Of a stretch of DNA of 64,000 bases, positions 10,804 to 20,440 are shown piece by piece. The DNA comes from an uncultured Verrucomicrobiae bacterium. GTDB lineage: Bacteria; Verrucomicrobiota; Verrucomicrobiia; Chthoniobacterales; UBA10450. The stretch is from contig CAVSDR010000006.1 in NCBI GenBank assembly GCA_963726745.1, positions 576,001-640,000 of the forward strand, in the 5' to 3' direction. Both the position numbers and the translations under genes were made by a program. The stretch's first letter is position 1, and each line of letters begins with the position of its first letter. The notes beneath the pieces were generated by a model, which was not told the origin of the DNA, did no database searches, and saw only the letters and a program-made list of their open reading frames with translations.

Positions 10804-11397
10804 TTACAGCTTCGGGCGGCGGCTTACAAACGGGCTCCCGGCGAGCGTGAAACGCCAGGGCAACTCGGCCGCGCGCGAGATGCCGATGCGCCCGTCGGCC
10901 ACGACCTCAACTTGCTGTCTATTTTTACGCGGAGCGAAGCCATGCCGCGGGTCGGCGCAAAGGTCGCGCTCGTGATCCTGCTGGTTAATCGCGAGCGCCT
11001 GCGTGAGTTTCCCGGGGCCGGAGCAAAGCTTGCGCGGCTCCGCCGTGCCGCGGCGTGCGGCCATGAGTTCGAGGCCGGCGGTCGGCTCGATCGCACGCAC
11101 AAGAATCAAGCCGGTGCGCGGTGCGCCTTTAACCAGGACATTGAGCATCCAATGGACGCCGTAATTGAAATAAATGTAGGCTGTGCCCGGGCCGTTCCGC
11201 TCGACAAAGGCGCGCGCGCTCGGCCGGAAGAAAGTGTGACAAGCCTCGTCGTTCTCGGTCAGATAGGCCTCCGTTTCCACGATCACGCCGCGGCATTCCT
11301 CCCAGAGCAGCGTGGTGCCAATCAGCGCGCGGGCGCACTCCAGCGGATCCTGCTGGAAAAACTTTGCGGGCAGAATCCGCTCCCCGGCCTGGCCCAT
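10804..11397 (-). CDS. mpg: DNA-3-methyladenine glycosylase (AAG/MPG family)
   Basis: IVETEAY, YIYFNYGVH, GPGKLTQAL and RIGISRA motifs. Confidence 0.92.
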   Translation of the reverse strand: MGQAGERILPAKFFQQDPLECARALIGTTLLWEECRGVIVETEAYLTENDEACHTFFRPSARAFVERNGPGTAYIYFNYGVHWMLNVLVKGAPRTGLILVRAIEPTAGLELMAARRGTAEPRKLCSGPGKLTQALAINQQDHERDLCADPRHGFAPRKNRQQVEVVADGRIGISRAAELPWRFTLAGSPFVSRRPKL

Positions 11398-11405
11398 GCG
11401 CGCGC

Positions 11406-12248
11406 CTATTGCTCGGGCGGCGCGGCCGGCTCGGGCACGATCTTGTAGGCTAAGGGCAGGGTGGTCTCCGAGTCTGCCGGGTCGCCGTTGCGGAAGGCGG
11501 GGATGAACTTCGCGCCCGCGAGATCCTGACGCGCCGCTTCGGCAAACCCGAGCAGCGGCGGCTCTTCACTCACCAGGTCGAGTCCGGTCAGGTTGCCCTT
11601 TGCGTCTACTTTCAACCGCAGGTCGACGACCGCGGTCATGGCGATCGGATTCTCCAACGCCGGCATCTTGAGGCCATTGAATTTCGAGTCCGCCCCGACC
11701 ACGGGCTGCGGCCCGATGAAGTCGCTCGCCTGTTTGATCTCGTCGCCGTCCTGGTTCAGGAAAATGTGGACGTGCGGCGTCCCTTCGGCGGAAAACACGA
11801 CCGTGCCGTAGAGCATCACCTCGACCGGTTGATGCTCGTAAAGTGCCGGGGTGAATTTCGTCTCGTCGAGCTGACGGTTCAGCTCCGCCTCGAGCGCGGT
11901 CGAGCCGGGCATCGCCCGGTAAGTCCAGGTCGATTTCGGGACGCCATCCTTCCCCACCATGGCGGCAAACATGACCGCGCCATCTTTCTGCCCAGCTTTC
12001 AAGAGCGCCTCGCTATCGATTCGATTAACCAGCGAGCTCGGGCCCACGCCGAGGACCGAAGGGCGGAATTGCGGTCGTGCGGAAGGCGCGGTGGATTTCT
12101 CCGATGATGCGCTGGCGGCGGGCGTGGCGCTGGCGCGCGGCGTCGACTTCGGGGCAGGCGAAGCTTTGGCGCCTTTTTGGGCTTCCGCGACCGCCGCCAA
12201 CGAAGTGCAAAGAGTCAAAGTGAGGAGGGAGAAAACGAGACGGCGCAT
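11406..12248 (-). CDS. Secreted protein with two TonB C-terminal-like domains
   Basis: Signal peptide MRRLVFSLLTLTLCTSLAAVAEA, P/A/S linker, two repeats ending KFTPALYEHQPV and KFIPAFRNGDPA. Confidence 0.6.
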   Translation of the reverse strand: MRRLVFSLLTLTLCTSLAAVAEAQKGAKASPAPKSTPRASATPAASASSEKSTAPSARPQFRPSVLGVGPSSLVNRIDSEALLKAGQKDGAVMFAAMVGKDGVPKSTWTYRAMPGSTALEAELNRQLDETKFTPALYEHQPVEVMLYGTVVFSAEGTPHVHIFLNQDGDEIKQASDFIGPQPVVGADSKFNGLKMPALENPIAMTAVVDLRLKVDAKGNLTGLDLVSEEPPLLGFAEAARQDLAGAKFIPAFRNGDPADSETTLPLAYKIVPEPAAPPEQ

Positions 12249-12307
12249 AGGCGAAAGAAGCAACGCATCGCCCGGCCTTCCGCAACTGCATTCTCCTGCG
12301 CGGCGGC

Positions 12308-12958
12308 CTAGCGGCGGAAGAAACGGTCGAAGGGCGCGAATACCTGGCGCAGCCAGCGTGCACGCAATTCTGCCGCCACGTCTCCCTCGTGCACCGGCCA
12401 CGAAAGCACCGGCCCAGAGAGCGGCACCTGCCCGAGCTCCACGGGCGCAAACGGATCCTTCGCCAGCGTCCCCTGCCGCAGAGTGAAAAGGTCAAAGGCG
12501 TAGGCCTCTTCGGCGTTTGCTTCCGTCCCCGTCCAAAAAATGCAAGGAACGCGCCCGTGTCGTAATTGGACGATGCCGGGGTGCTCGCGAAAAACACCAA
12601 GATAGAGATGGCCGAGCTCGCTACTGGCAGCATCGCGCCCCGCCCGCGGCAGCCGCCATCCGCCCACACCGCGATAGACTAACGAATGCGTCCAGGCGAC
12701 TGCTTCCGGCCAGGTCAACTGCCCGTCCCGCGAGCGGCCGACGGTTTGCGCGTAATTCAAGTCTTGCAGCCAGGTAAGATCGAGCTCGGTGTCGTAGATC
12801 AGGCCCAGGCCGCGATCGACCAAAGGCGGAGGCGGCGGGCGCCAGGCGTCGCCGCGACGCAAAAGCTGCGCAACTCGGGACCAAAGCGTGTCTTTCGTTC
12901 GGCATACGGTCTGCGTCCGATCAGGATTGCCTGCGCAGCCCTGCGGGAGCAATTGCAA
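12308..12958 (-). CDS. DUF1566 (Lcl C-type lectin-like) domain protein, start uncertain
   Basis: LIYDTELDLTWLQD...LTWPEAVAW...GWRLP...ELGHLY...FWTGT pattern. Confidence 0.7.
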   Translation of the reverse strand: MQLLPQGCAGNPDRTQTVCRTKDTLWSRVAQLLRRGDAWRPPPPPLVDRGLGLIYDTELDLTWLQDLNYAQTVGRSRDGQLTWPEAVAWTHSLVYRGVGGWRLPRAGRDAASSELGHLYLGVFREHPGIVQLRHGRVPCIFWTGTEANAEEAYAFDLFTLRQGTLAKDPFAPVELGQVPLSGPVLSWPVHEGDVAAELRARWLRQVFAPFDRFFRR

Positions 12959-12990
12959 ACGCAGCTCGCCGCGCCGACCTTTTCCACTCG

Positions 12991-13347
12991 ATGCGCCTGG
13001 CCTTGCTCGCTTTCCTCTCGCTGGCTGCCGTCACTTCGGCCGCGGCGGCGGAGAAGGCCTGGTATGGTTTTCACATCAAGCCGCAGTTCGAGGGCTTCCC
13101 GCTCAACCCGATTGTGCGGTCGGTCACGATCGACCGGGTGCGCCCAAACTCGCCCGCCACCGCCCATCGCATTCGGGTAGGCGACGAGATCCTGGAGGCG
13201 GAAGGTCGGGTGGTGCCAGGTTCTCGCGCACTCGCCTGGATTTTTCTCCGCTACAAACAGCCAGGCGATTCTCTGCGCCTACGCTTGAAACGGCGGAACG
13301 GCGAGAGCTACACCGCGGTCGTGCAGGGAATCAAGGAGCCTGACTAA
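12991..13347 (+). CDS. Small secreted PDZ-domain protein
   Basis: Signal peptide; VTIDRVRPNSPA...IRVGDEILEAEG...PGDSLRLRLKR. Confidence 0.75.
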   Translation: MRLALLAFLSLAAVTSAAAAEKAWYGFHIKPQFEGFPLNPIVRSVTIDRVRPNSPATAHRIRVGDEILEAEGRVVPGSRALAWIFLRYKQPGDSLRLRLKRRNGESYTAVVQGIKEPD

Positions 13348-13383
13348 CGAGTGCGAGACCGAACGGGTAATTCCAACGAGACA

Positions 13384-16158
13384 CTAATCCAGTTCATAGA
13401 CTTCGACCAAGGCGTTGCCAGTCGTCTGCGCGTCTCCTCGAACAATCGCCGTGTACGCTCCCGGCAGAAGAGATAGGATGACGGCAGGTTCTCGTTCGTT
13501 CCCCGGGGCTAGTCCGGTCGCTGCAATTTCGCTTTCCTGAGTCGCTCGCCAGTCGTTATTCATCGCAATCACACCTTCGGAATCATGTAATTCCAAGGTG
13601 GGATTTGCCAACACGTTGGGAACACCGGCCTGGCTGAGACTGGGCCCTTGGGCGCGCACGAGGACCCGCTTCTCCCGGGTCCCATTGATGATGAACCCAG
13701 CGATCATCACACTGTCGCCCAAACCGACCGGGCCACGAGTCGAGATATTGACCAAGCCTGGGGTGTGATCGGTATCGACATTGTAAACTTCGAGCAAGCA
13801 GTTGCCGGTGCCGCCGTTTTTCCCTCGCACGATGGCCGTATAGCTTCCCTCGCCGAGGTTGATTAGGAGGCAGCTATCAAGGTCACGCCCGCTCCCGAAG
13901 TGCAGGGACAGCCGGTATACGCCCAGCTCGTTCTGCTCTGCGTAGGTAAGATCGCTGTAGTCGTCGTTATAGGCCACTCGCCGGCCAGCGGAGTCCACTA
14001 TTTCCAAAGTCGGGTCAACCATCCAGTCCGGGACCTGACCCTCTAAAGCAGGACCAAGCGCGCGAATGACCATCCTTCTTGTCCCACCGCGCACGATGAA
14101 GCCACCAATGGGCACGCTGTCACCGCTGCCGCCGGCGAGGCGGGTGGAAATGTTCCTGAACCGCGTTGGAACTCCAGTTGGAAGACCCGAGATCGGAGTG
14201 GCAATAAAAGGTTCGCTTTCCCAATTGTGCCGCCAGCCGATGCCGACGATCTGACCGGCGTTGTTAATTCCGACGGCAGACTGCAGCGCCCAACCATCCC
14301 CGCTGGCATCGAGTAAATCGTTCAGGTCCCGCATCCGGCCATCCAAATAAAGAAAGGCACGCTGCTGCCCACCGTCCTCGAGTTGAAACTGACCAACGAC
14401 TTCGCCCAAGTCATTTAGTCCGAAAGCCGCGCTCCTGGGCGAGTTCCAAGTATCAATGTCGAAGACCTGATTTTCGCTCAGGAAAAAGGCGTGTTCGGAG
14501 TAAAGGTAAACGGGTCTATATGGCATATTGGAATAGCCTGCCAATTGGCCGCTCGCGTTAATCCCAGCTACGCGACAAGCGAAATCGTCCAGCGGAACTC
14601 CTGCCAGATTCGGCAAAAAGGTCATTGCTCCCTCCGGCGACCGCCGAAAAGGCTTACCGTCGGCCACTCCTGCTATTTGCCCGGCATCATTGATTCCTCC
14701 GACCGAAATTGCCATCGTCCCGAGGGTGCCAAAGTCGGTCAGTTGCCCGGCCGTCGTGTCGAAAACATAAAGACCATGTTTCTCGGCCGTGCCCGGATAG
14801 TTCTGATATGCGCCGGCAATAATTCCGGCGGCATTGATCGATGGCGCCGTGGCAGAGATGTTCCCTAACGGGTAGAGAATTCGGCGCCCCGGAAGTTGGA
14901 GGCTCCACGTGATTCGTCTTACTCCGAAATATCCGACATTCACTTCGGCCGCGACCACTCCCGCTTGGTTAACCGCGTTTGCTACCGTCGCCGCGTAATC
15001 GGTCGTATCATAGTAGGTCGCAGTTCTATCCCGCACGGTCACCGCCATATTGCCTGCGGCCCCGGCGATCACTCCTTCGTTGTTGATCGAACGAACCTCG
15101 GTTAGAACTCCATTCGTTAGTTGCTTTAAACTGCGCACGGAATAGGTCCGGCCAGTTCTCGGGGGATCCTCCAGCGCGGTCGCGATCAGAGCTTGCCCGC
15201 CAGCTGGAGCTGAGCCCACGGTGACGAAACGCGAGATGCCGTCGAATGCCACTGCGGTGAGCATTTCGTCACTCCTCGCCAGCGAAGGTAACGGCAACCA
15301 ATAACCGCCTCTTTCCGAAATCCAAGGACGGGCCTGCGCATCCACCGCGACCACGGAGTTTTTGCCGTAGACGATTGCCTGAACATAGCCAGTCCGGCGC
15401 GGATCCTTATCAGCGTAACGATAGGCCAGTCCAGGGCCGGTTTGAACAGAGAAGCCCGCGTCGATCGAGAACCGGGACGGTCCAAGACTGAGCTTGGTTA
15501 CTCCATCAGTCGCCAGAATCGAAACCGGGTTTCCCCAGTGCACCGAATTCCATTCGCGCCCGTCGGTCGAGCTAGCCAGCGGCTGGCCGTAGTAGTTGCT
15601 CCCCACGTAAAATCGGCCGCGAAAGAACATGAATTGTGAGAGCTGATCGGTAAACCAAGGATGCGAGCCAACGACAGTGACTTTTGCGAAATTGATTCCG
15701 TCGTCCGAGGTGATGAACTCGGTCGCGGAGTTCCAATGACCGGTAATGAGGAAATGCCCGTCGCCGAAGGCGATCATGCCGAAAGCATGGGTCGTCTGCG
15801 GCGAACCAGCGGCATCGCGAACTGTCACGGGGCTCCAGGTAATCCCGTCGACGGAAGTAAGCGCTGGACTGTCAATGTTCGCGCGCAGAGCGACGAAGCG
15901 GCCATCTCCGAAAGCGATCGAGGTAAGATTTTCAATCGCTCCGCTCGCTCGTTGCGTCCAGGAAACGCCGTCCAATGAGGTCACAACACTGCCGCTGTCG
16001 CCCACCGCCACCCAAGTTCCGTTACCAAAGGCGACGGCACGCAGAGAGGACGCGAGCCCACTTTCTACTACCTGCCAATGCTCCTGTCCGAAGGCCGCCC
16101 GAGGAGAAAAGCACAGAAAGATGCAGGCGCACGAGATGACTCCGGCCCATCGACGCAT
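13384..16158 (-). CDS. Large secreted protein: beta-propeller (SxDGxxW repeats), HAF-type extracellular repeats, tandem C-terminal NISTR domains
   Basis: SLDGVSW, SVDGITW and STDGREW repeats; GINDAGQIAG and AFGLNDLGEVVG repeats; two domains starting NISTR and ending GxYTAIVRG...LxEVY; visibly lower GC than flanks. Confidence 0.8.
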   Translation of the reverse strand: MRRWAGVISCACIFLCFSPRAAFGQEHWQVVESGLASSLRAVAFGNGTWVAVGDSGSVVTSLDGVSWTQRASGAIENLTSIAFGDGRFVALRANIDSPALTSVDGITWSPVTVRDAAGSPQTTHAFGMIAFGDGHFLITGHWNSATEFITSDDGINFAKVTVVGSHPWFTDQLSQFMFFRGRFYVGSNYYGQPLASSTDGREWNSVHWGNPVSILATDGVTKLSLGPSRFSIDAGFSVQTGPGLAYRYADKDPRRTGYVQAIVYGKNSVVAVDAQARPWISERGGYWLPLPSLARSDEMLTAVAFDGISRFVTVGSAPAGGQALIATALEDPPRTGRTYSVRSLKQLTNGVLTEVRSINNEGVIAGAAGNMAVTVRDRTATYYDTTDYAATVANAVNQAGVVAAEVNVGYFGVRRITWSLQLPGRRILYPLGNISATAPSINAAGIIAGAYQNYPGTAEKHGLYVFDTTAGQLTDFGTLGTMAISVGGINDAGQIAGVADGKPFRRSPEGAMTFLPNLAGVPLDDFACRVAGINASGQLAGYSNMPYRPVYLYSEHAFFLSENQVFDIDTWNSPRSAAFGLNDLGEVVGQFQLEDGGQQRAFLYLDGRMRDLNDLLDASGDGWALQSAVGINNAGQIVGIGWRHNWESEPFIATPISGLPTGVPTRFRNISTRLAGGSGDSVPIGGFIVRGGTRRMVIRALGPALEGQVPDWMVDPTLEIVDSAGRRVAYNDDYSDLTYAEQNELGVYRLSLHFGSGRDLDSCLLINLGEGSYTAIVRGKNGGTGNCLLEVYNVDTDHTPGLVNISTRGPVGLGDSVMIAGFIINGTREKRVLVRAQGPSLSQAGVPNVLANPTLELHDSEGVIAMNNDWRATQESEIAATGLAPGNEREPAVILSLLPGAYTAIVRGDAQTTGNALVEVYELD

Positions 16159-16265
16159 GTGCAATCCGCCTTCGCCGAAACGCATTCCGGCAGTAAATCC
16201 TGATCGAGGGGAGGAAGCAAAGCTTATCCCGCTACGCCACTCGCCGACGTAGCCAACTCGACGAC

Positions 16266-19200
16266 CTAAGCCGTGCGCCCGCAGCAGGCCTTGAACTTTT
16301 TCCCGCTGCCGCACGGGCAAGGATCGTTCCGGCCGACCTTCGGCATCTCGCGGCGCAACGGCGCCAGCTCGAGCTTCACTTCGTTGTCGCTCTCGCCATT
16401 CTCCGCGCGGCCGCCGTTCTCGCCGAAAGGCTCGCGCCGCCCGGGCGCGGGACCATCGGCGGTCGGCGCGGTGGGTGCGTGTTCGCGCATGAGGAATTGC
16501 GGGAGCGTCGAGAGAAAGGTCTCGAAAGCCTGCAAGTTCGAGGTGCTGCGGAAGAGATTATGCAGCACTTCGTTCTTAATGTTCGCCATCAACTCGGTGA
16601 ACATGTCGAACGCCTCGGTCTTGTATTCGATCAGCGGATCCTTCTGCGCGTAGCTTCGGAGGTAAACACCCTCGCGCAGCGCATCCATCGCGTAGAGATG
16701 CTCCTGCCAGAGGCGGTCGATCGCGTTCAGGATGATGTAGCGCTCCAGGCCCTTGACCGCGGCCGGCTCTTCGTGGCTCGACTTGCGCTCGTAGCTGTCC
16801 TTTACCTTCTCGATCAGGAACTGCGCGTTCGCTTCCTCGGAGCGGCCTTCGAATTCCGCTTTCTCGCTCGTTAGGCCGAGCGGGAAGGTGGTGTTCACCC
16901 AATGCAGGAGGCCGGCGTAATTCGGCTCGTTGGTTTCGCCGGAAGCGAGCTGCTCCTTGACCTTCGCGGGAATGGCTTCGTCGATCACCTCGTAGATCAG
17001 GCGGCGCGGCTCATCCGTCTCGATCGCGTCGTTGCGCCAGGCGTAGACCACCTCGCGCTGGTTGTTCATCACGTCGTCAAAATCGAGCGTGCGTTTGCGC
17101 GCGAGATAGTTCCGCTGCTCGACCCGCTTTTGTGCGGTCTCGACCGATTTGTTGAGCCACGGATGCTCCAGCTCCTGGCCTTCCTCGAGGCCGAAACGCT
17201 CCATGATCTTGGTCATGCGATCGGCCGCGCCGAAGTTGCGCATCAGATCGTCCTCGAAGCTGACGTAAAAGCGCGAGCCGCCGGGGTCGCCCTGGCGGGC
17301 GCAACGTCCGCGCAGCTGCCGATCGATGCGGCGCGACTCGTGTCGCTCGGTGCCGATGACGAACAAGCCGCCGGCTTCCTGCACGCCCGGCCCGAGCTTA
17401 ATGTCGGTGCCGCGGCCGGCCATGTTCGTCGAGATGGTGACCGTGCCCGCCTGCCCGGCGCGCTGCACGATCTCGGCCTCCTGCCGATGGTATTTCGCAT
17501 TCAGCACATTGTGCGGAATCTTCTCGCGCTTGAGCATGCGCGAGAGCAATTCGCTCGCTTCCACGCTCACCGTGCCCACGAGCACCGGCTGCGACTTCGC
17601 GTGGCGCTCTTTGATTTCGTTGATGACCGCGTTGTATTTCTCGCGGCGCGTTTTGTAGATCCGGTCGTTCTCGTCCTTGCGCGCGATCGGGCGATTCGTC
17701 GGGATCGCGTTCACGTCCAGCTTGTAGATGTCGTGAAACTCCGAGGCCTCGGTCTCGGCGGTGCCGGTCATGCCGGCTAATTTTTGATAGAGCCGGAAGT
17801 AATTCTGGATCGTGATCGTCGCCAGCGTCTGCGTTTCGCGATCGATCTGCACGCCTTCCTTCGCCTCGACCGCCTGGTGCAGGCCATCGCTCCAGCGGCG
17901 GCCCGGCATTTTGCGGCCGGTGTATTCGTCCACGATCACGACCTTGTTTTCCTCGACCACGTACTGCACGTCCTTCTCGAAGAGGCAGTAGGCGCGGAGG
18001 AGCTGGGAGATGTTGTGAATCCGCTCGCCCTGCGCGTCACAAATCCGCTGGCGCTCGGCTTTCTCCTTTTCCTTCTCCTCGTCGGAGAGCGTGCGATTCA
18101 AATCGATCTCGGTGAACTCGCTGATTAAATCCGGGAGCACGAAGGCGTCCGGCTCGTCGGGATTGAGGAAGGCGCGGCCCTGCTCCGAGAGATCGGACTC
18201 GTTCGACTTCTCGTCGATCGTGAAAAAGAGCTCTTCCTTGAGCGCGAAGAGTTCTTCCTTGCGCGAGTCCTGGAAGAACTGGAGCTCGGCCTTGTCCATC
18301 GCCCGGCGTTTCTCCGGGTCTTCCATCATGCGCAGGAGCTGCTTGTTCCGCGGCTGCCCGAGCTTGACCTTGAACATCAGGAGCCCGCCATCTTCGGTTT
18401 TGCCCGCCTCGAAAGCCGCCTTCGCTTCGCTCGCAAAACGGTTCACCAGCATGTTTTGCTTCCGCACGAGCTGCTCGGTCAGCGGCTTCCACTTGTCGTA
18501 TTGGTGCGTCGAGACCGTCGCCGGGCCGCTGATGATCAAAGGCGTGCGCGCTTCGTCGATCAGGATGGAATCGACCTCATCGACGATCGCAAAGTGATAG
18601 CCGCGCTGGACCTGCTGCTCGCGAGTCGTGGCCATGCCGTTGTCGCGCAGGTAATCGAAACCGAACTCCGAGTTCGTCCCGTAGGTGATGTCCATCGCAT
18701 ACTGCTGCCGGCGGACATCGGGCGGCTGATCGTGCTGGATAATGCCTGTCGTTAGGCCGAGGAAACCGTAGAGCTGTCCCATCCACTCGGCGTCGCGCCG
18801 GGCGAGGTAATCATTCACCGTCACCAGGTGCGCGCCGCGGCCGGTGAGAGCATTCAGATAAAGCGGCAAGCGTCGCCACCAGCGTCTTGCCTTCGCCCGT
18901 GGCCATCTCCGCGATCCGCCCGCGATGGAGCACGATCCCGCCGACTAATTGCACGTCGAAATGCACCATCGCCCAGTTCATCGGCTGGTCGCAGACGGTG
19001 AATTCCGCCTGCCGTTCGGTCAGGCGGCGCGCGCCGTTTTTCACCACCGCAAAAGCTTCCGGCAAAATCTCGTCGAGCCGTTTCCAGCGATCGTCTGGGT
19101 CCTCTATGTCCCGCAGCTCGGCCTGCCACTGCGCCGTCTTGGCGCGGAGGTCATCGTCCGAGAGCGACTTGAATTGCTCATCCAATTCGTTGATGCGACG

Positions 19201-19275
19201 GACCACTGGCGCGAGGCGTTTGATCTCGCGCTGATTCTTTGATCCCAGGACTTTCTTTAAGACGAAGCCAACCAT
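16266..19275 (-). CDS. secA: Preprotein translocase SecA, frameshift near 18869
   Basis: [39 protein letters not shown] and [18 protein letters not shown] motifs. Confidence 0.97.
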
Positions 19276-19358
19276 GTGAACGCGGAATATCAGCGAGTTT
19301 CGCGCCTGTCGCAATGCTGGCGCGTTGCCCGCGCGCTTTTCCCGTTTAAGCTCGCGCG

Positions 19359-19772
19359 ATGAAGAAGATCGTCTCCACCACCGAAGCGCCGGCCGCCGTC
19401 GGCCCCTACTCCCAGGCCGTCCGCATCGGCTCCATGCTTTACACCGCCGGGCAGATCCCGCTCGACCCGAAGACCGGCGTGATCGTCAGCGAAGACATCG
19501 CCGAGCAGACCCGCCGGGTGATGGACAATCTCACCGCGATTCTTCACGCCGAAGGCATGACCTTCGACAACATCATCAAGACAACCGTCTTCATGACTGA
19601 CCTCGGCCAGTTCGCGACCATGAACGAGGTCTACGCGAGCTACTTCAAGAGCGAGCCGCCCGCCCGTTCCACTGTCCAGGTCACGGCCTTGCCGAAGGGC
19701 GCGCGCGTCGAGATCGAAGTAATCGCGGTCGCGAACAAGGTCGGCGACAAGACGGTCGATACTTGGGAGTAG
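19359..19772 (+). CDS. ridA: RidA/YjgF enamine deaminase
   Basis: APAAVGPYSQA and PPARSTVQVTALPKGARVEIE motifs. Confidence 0.92.
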   Translation: MKKIVSTTEAPAAVGPYSQAVRIGSMLYTAGQIPLDPKTGVIVSEDIAEQTRRVMDNLTAILHAEGMTFDNIIKTTVFMTDLGQFATMNEVYASYFKSEPPARSTVQVTALPKGARVEIEVIAVANKVGDKTVDTWE

Positions 19773-19783
19773 GAGACGAACTA

Positions 19784-19859
19784 GACAGGATCAACCGGAT
19801 GGACAGGATTTTGCAGGATTACAGAATGCTGAATCCTGTTTAATCCTGTAAATCGTGTC
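19784..19859. repeat. Intergenic palindromic element of ~9-nt units (ACAGGAT..ATCCTGT)
   Basis: GACAGGATC-AACCGGATG-GACAGGATT-TTGCAGGATT followed by AATCCTGTTT-AATCCTGTA-AATCGTGTC; the arms are complementary. Confidence 0.75.
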
Positions 19860-19870
19860 CAAAAAACCGC

Positions 19871-20440
19871 GTGAGCCAGGATCTCCTCGCCCTCTTCCGC
19901 CAAACCGGCGCGCTGCTTGACGGTCATTTCGTCCTGCGTTCCGGCTTGCATAGCCGGCAGTTTTTCCAGTGTGCCCTGCTCCTGCAGCACACCGGGATTG
20001 CCGCCGAGGTTTGCGGGCAATTAGCCGACAAGCTGCGCGACATCCCGGCTGATGCCGTCATCTCGCCGGCACTTGGCGGGATCGTCGTCGGCCAGGAAGT
20101 CGGCCGCTCGTTAGGCAAGCGTCACATTTTCGCGGAGAAAAACGATGCCGGCGGGCTGGTCCTGCGCCGCGGTTTCCAGATCGCGCCCGGCGAGCGCTTC
20201 ATCGTCGCGGAGGATGTGGTCACGCGCGGCGGACGCGTGCAGGAGACGGTCGACATCGTCCGCCAACACGGCGGCGTGGTCGCGGCCGTGGGGGTGATCG
20301 TGGACCGCAGCGGCGGGCAACATCCGGACTTTGGCTGCCCTTTCGTCAGCCTGGTGGAGATGAACGTCGAGACTTTCGAGGCCGACAAGTTGCCGCCTGA
20401 TTTAGCCGGCACTCCCGCGGTCAAGCCCGGGAGCAAGTAG
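19871..20440 (+). CDS. pyrE: Orotate phosphoribosyltransferase
   Basis: GHFVLRSGLHS and VAEDVVTRGG PRPP motif. Confidence 0.93.
   Translation: MSQDLLALFRQTGALLDGHFVLRSGLHSRQFFQCALLLQHTGIAAEVCGQLADKLRDIPADAVISPALGGIVVGQEVGRSLGKRHIFAEKNDAGGLVLRRGFQIAPGERFIVAEDVVTRGGRVQETVDIVRQHGGVVAAVGVIVDRSGGQHPDFGCPFVSLVEMNVETFEADKLPPDLAGTPAVKPGSK

Noticed and set aside
18860..18880. Programmed frameshifting in secA, acs, sdhA and others
   Set aside because: No shared slippery sequence, and these genes are not known to be recoded; sequencing error is simpler.
20402..20440. 39-bp convergent overlap between pyrE and the glycosyltransferase
   Set aside because: Short tail-to-tail overlaps are common in compact high-GC genomes.
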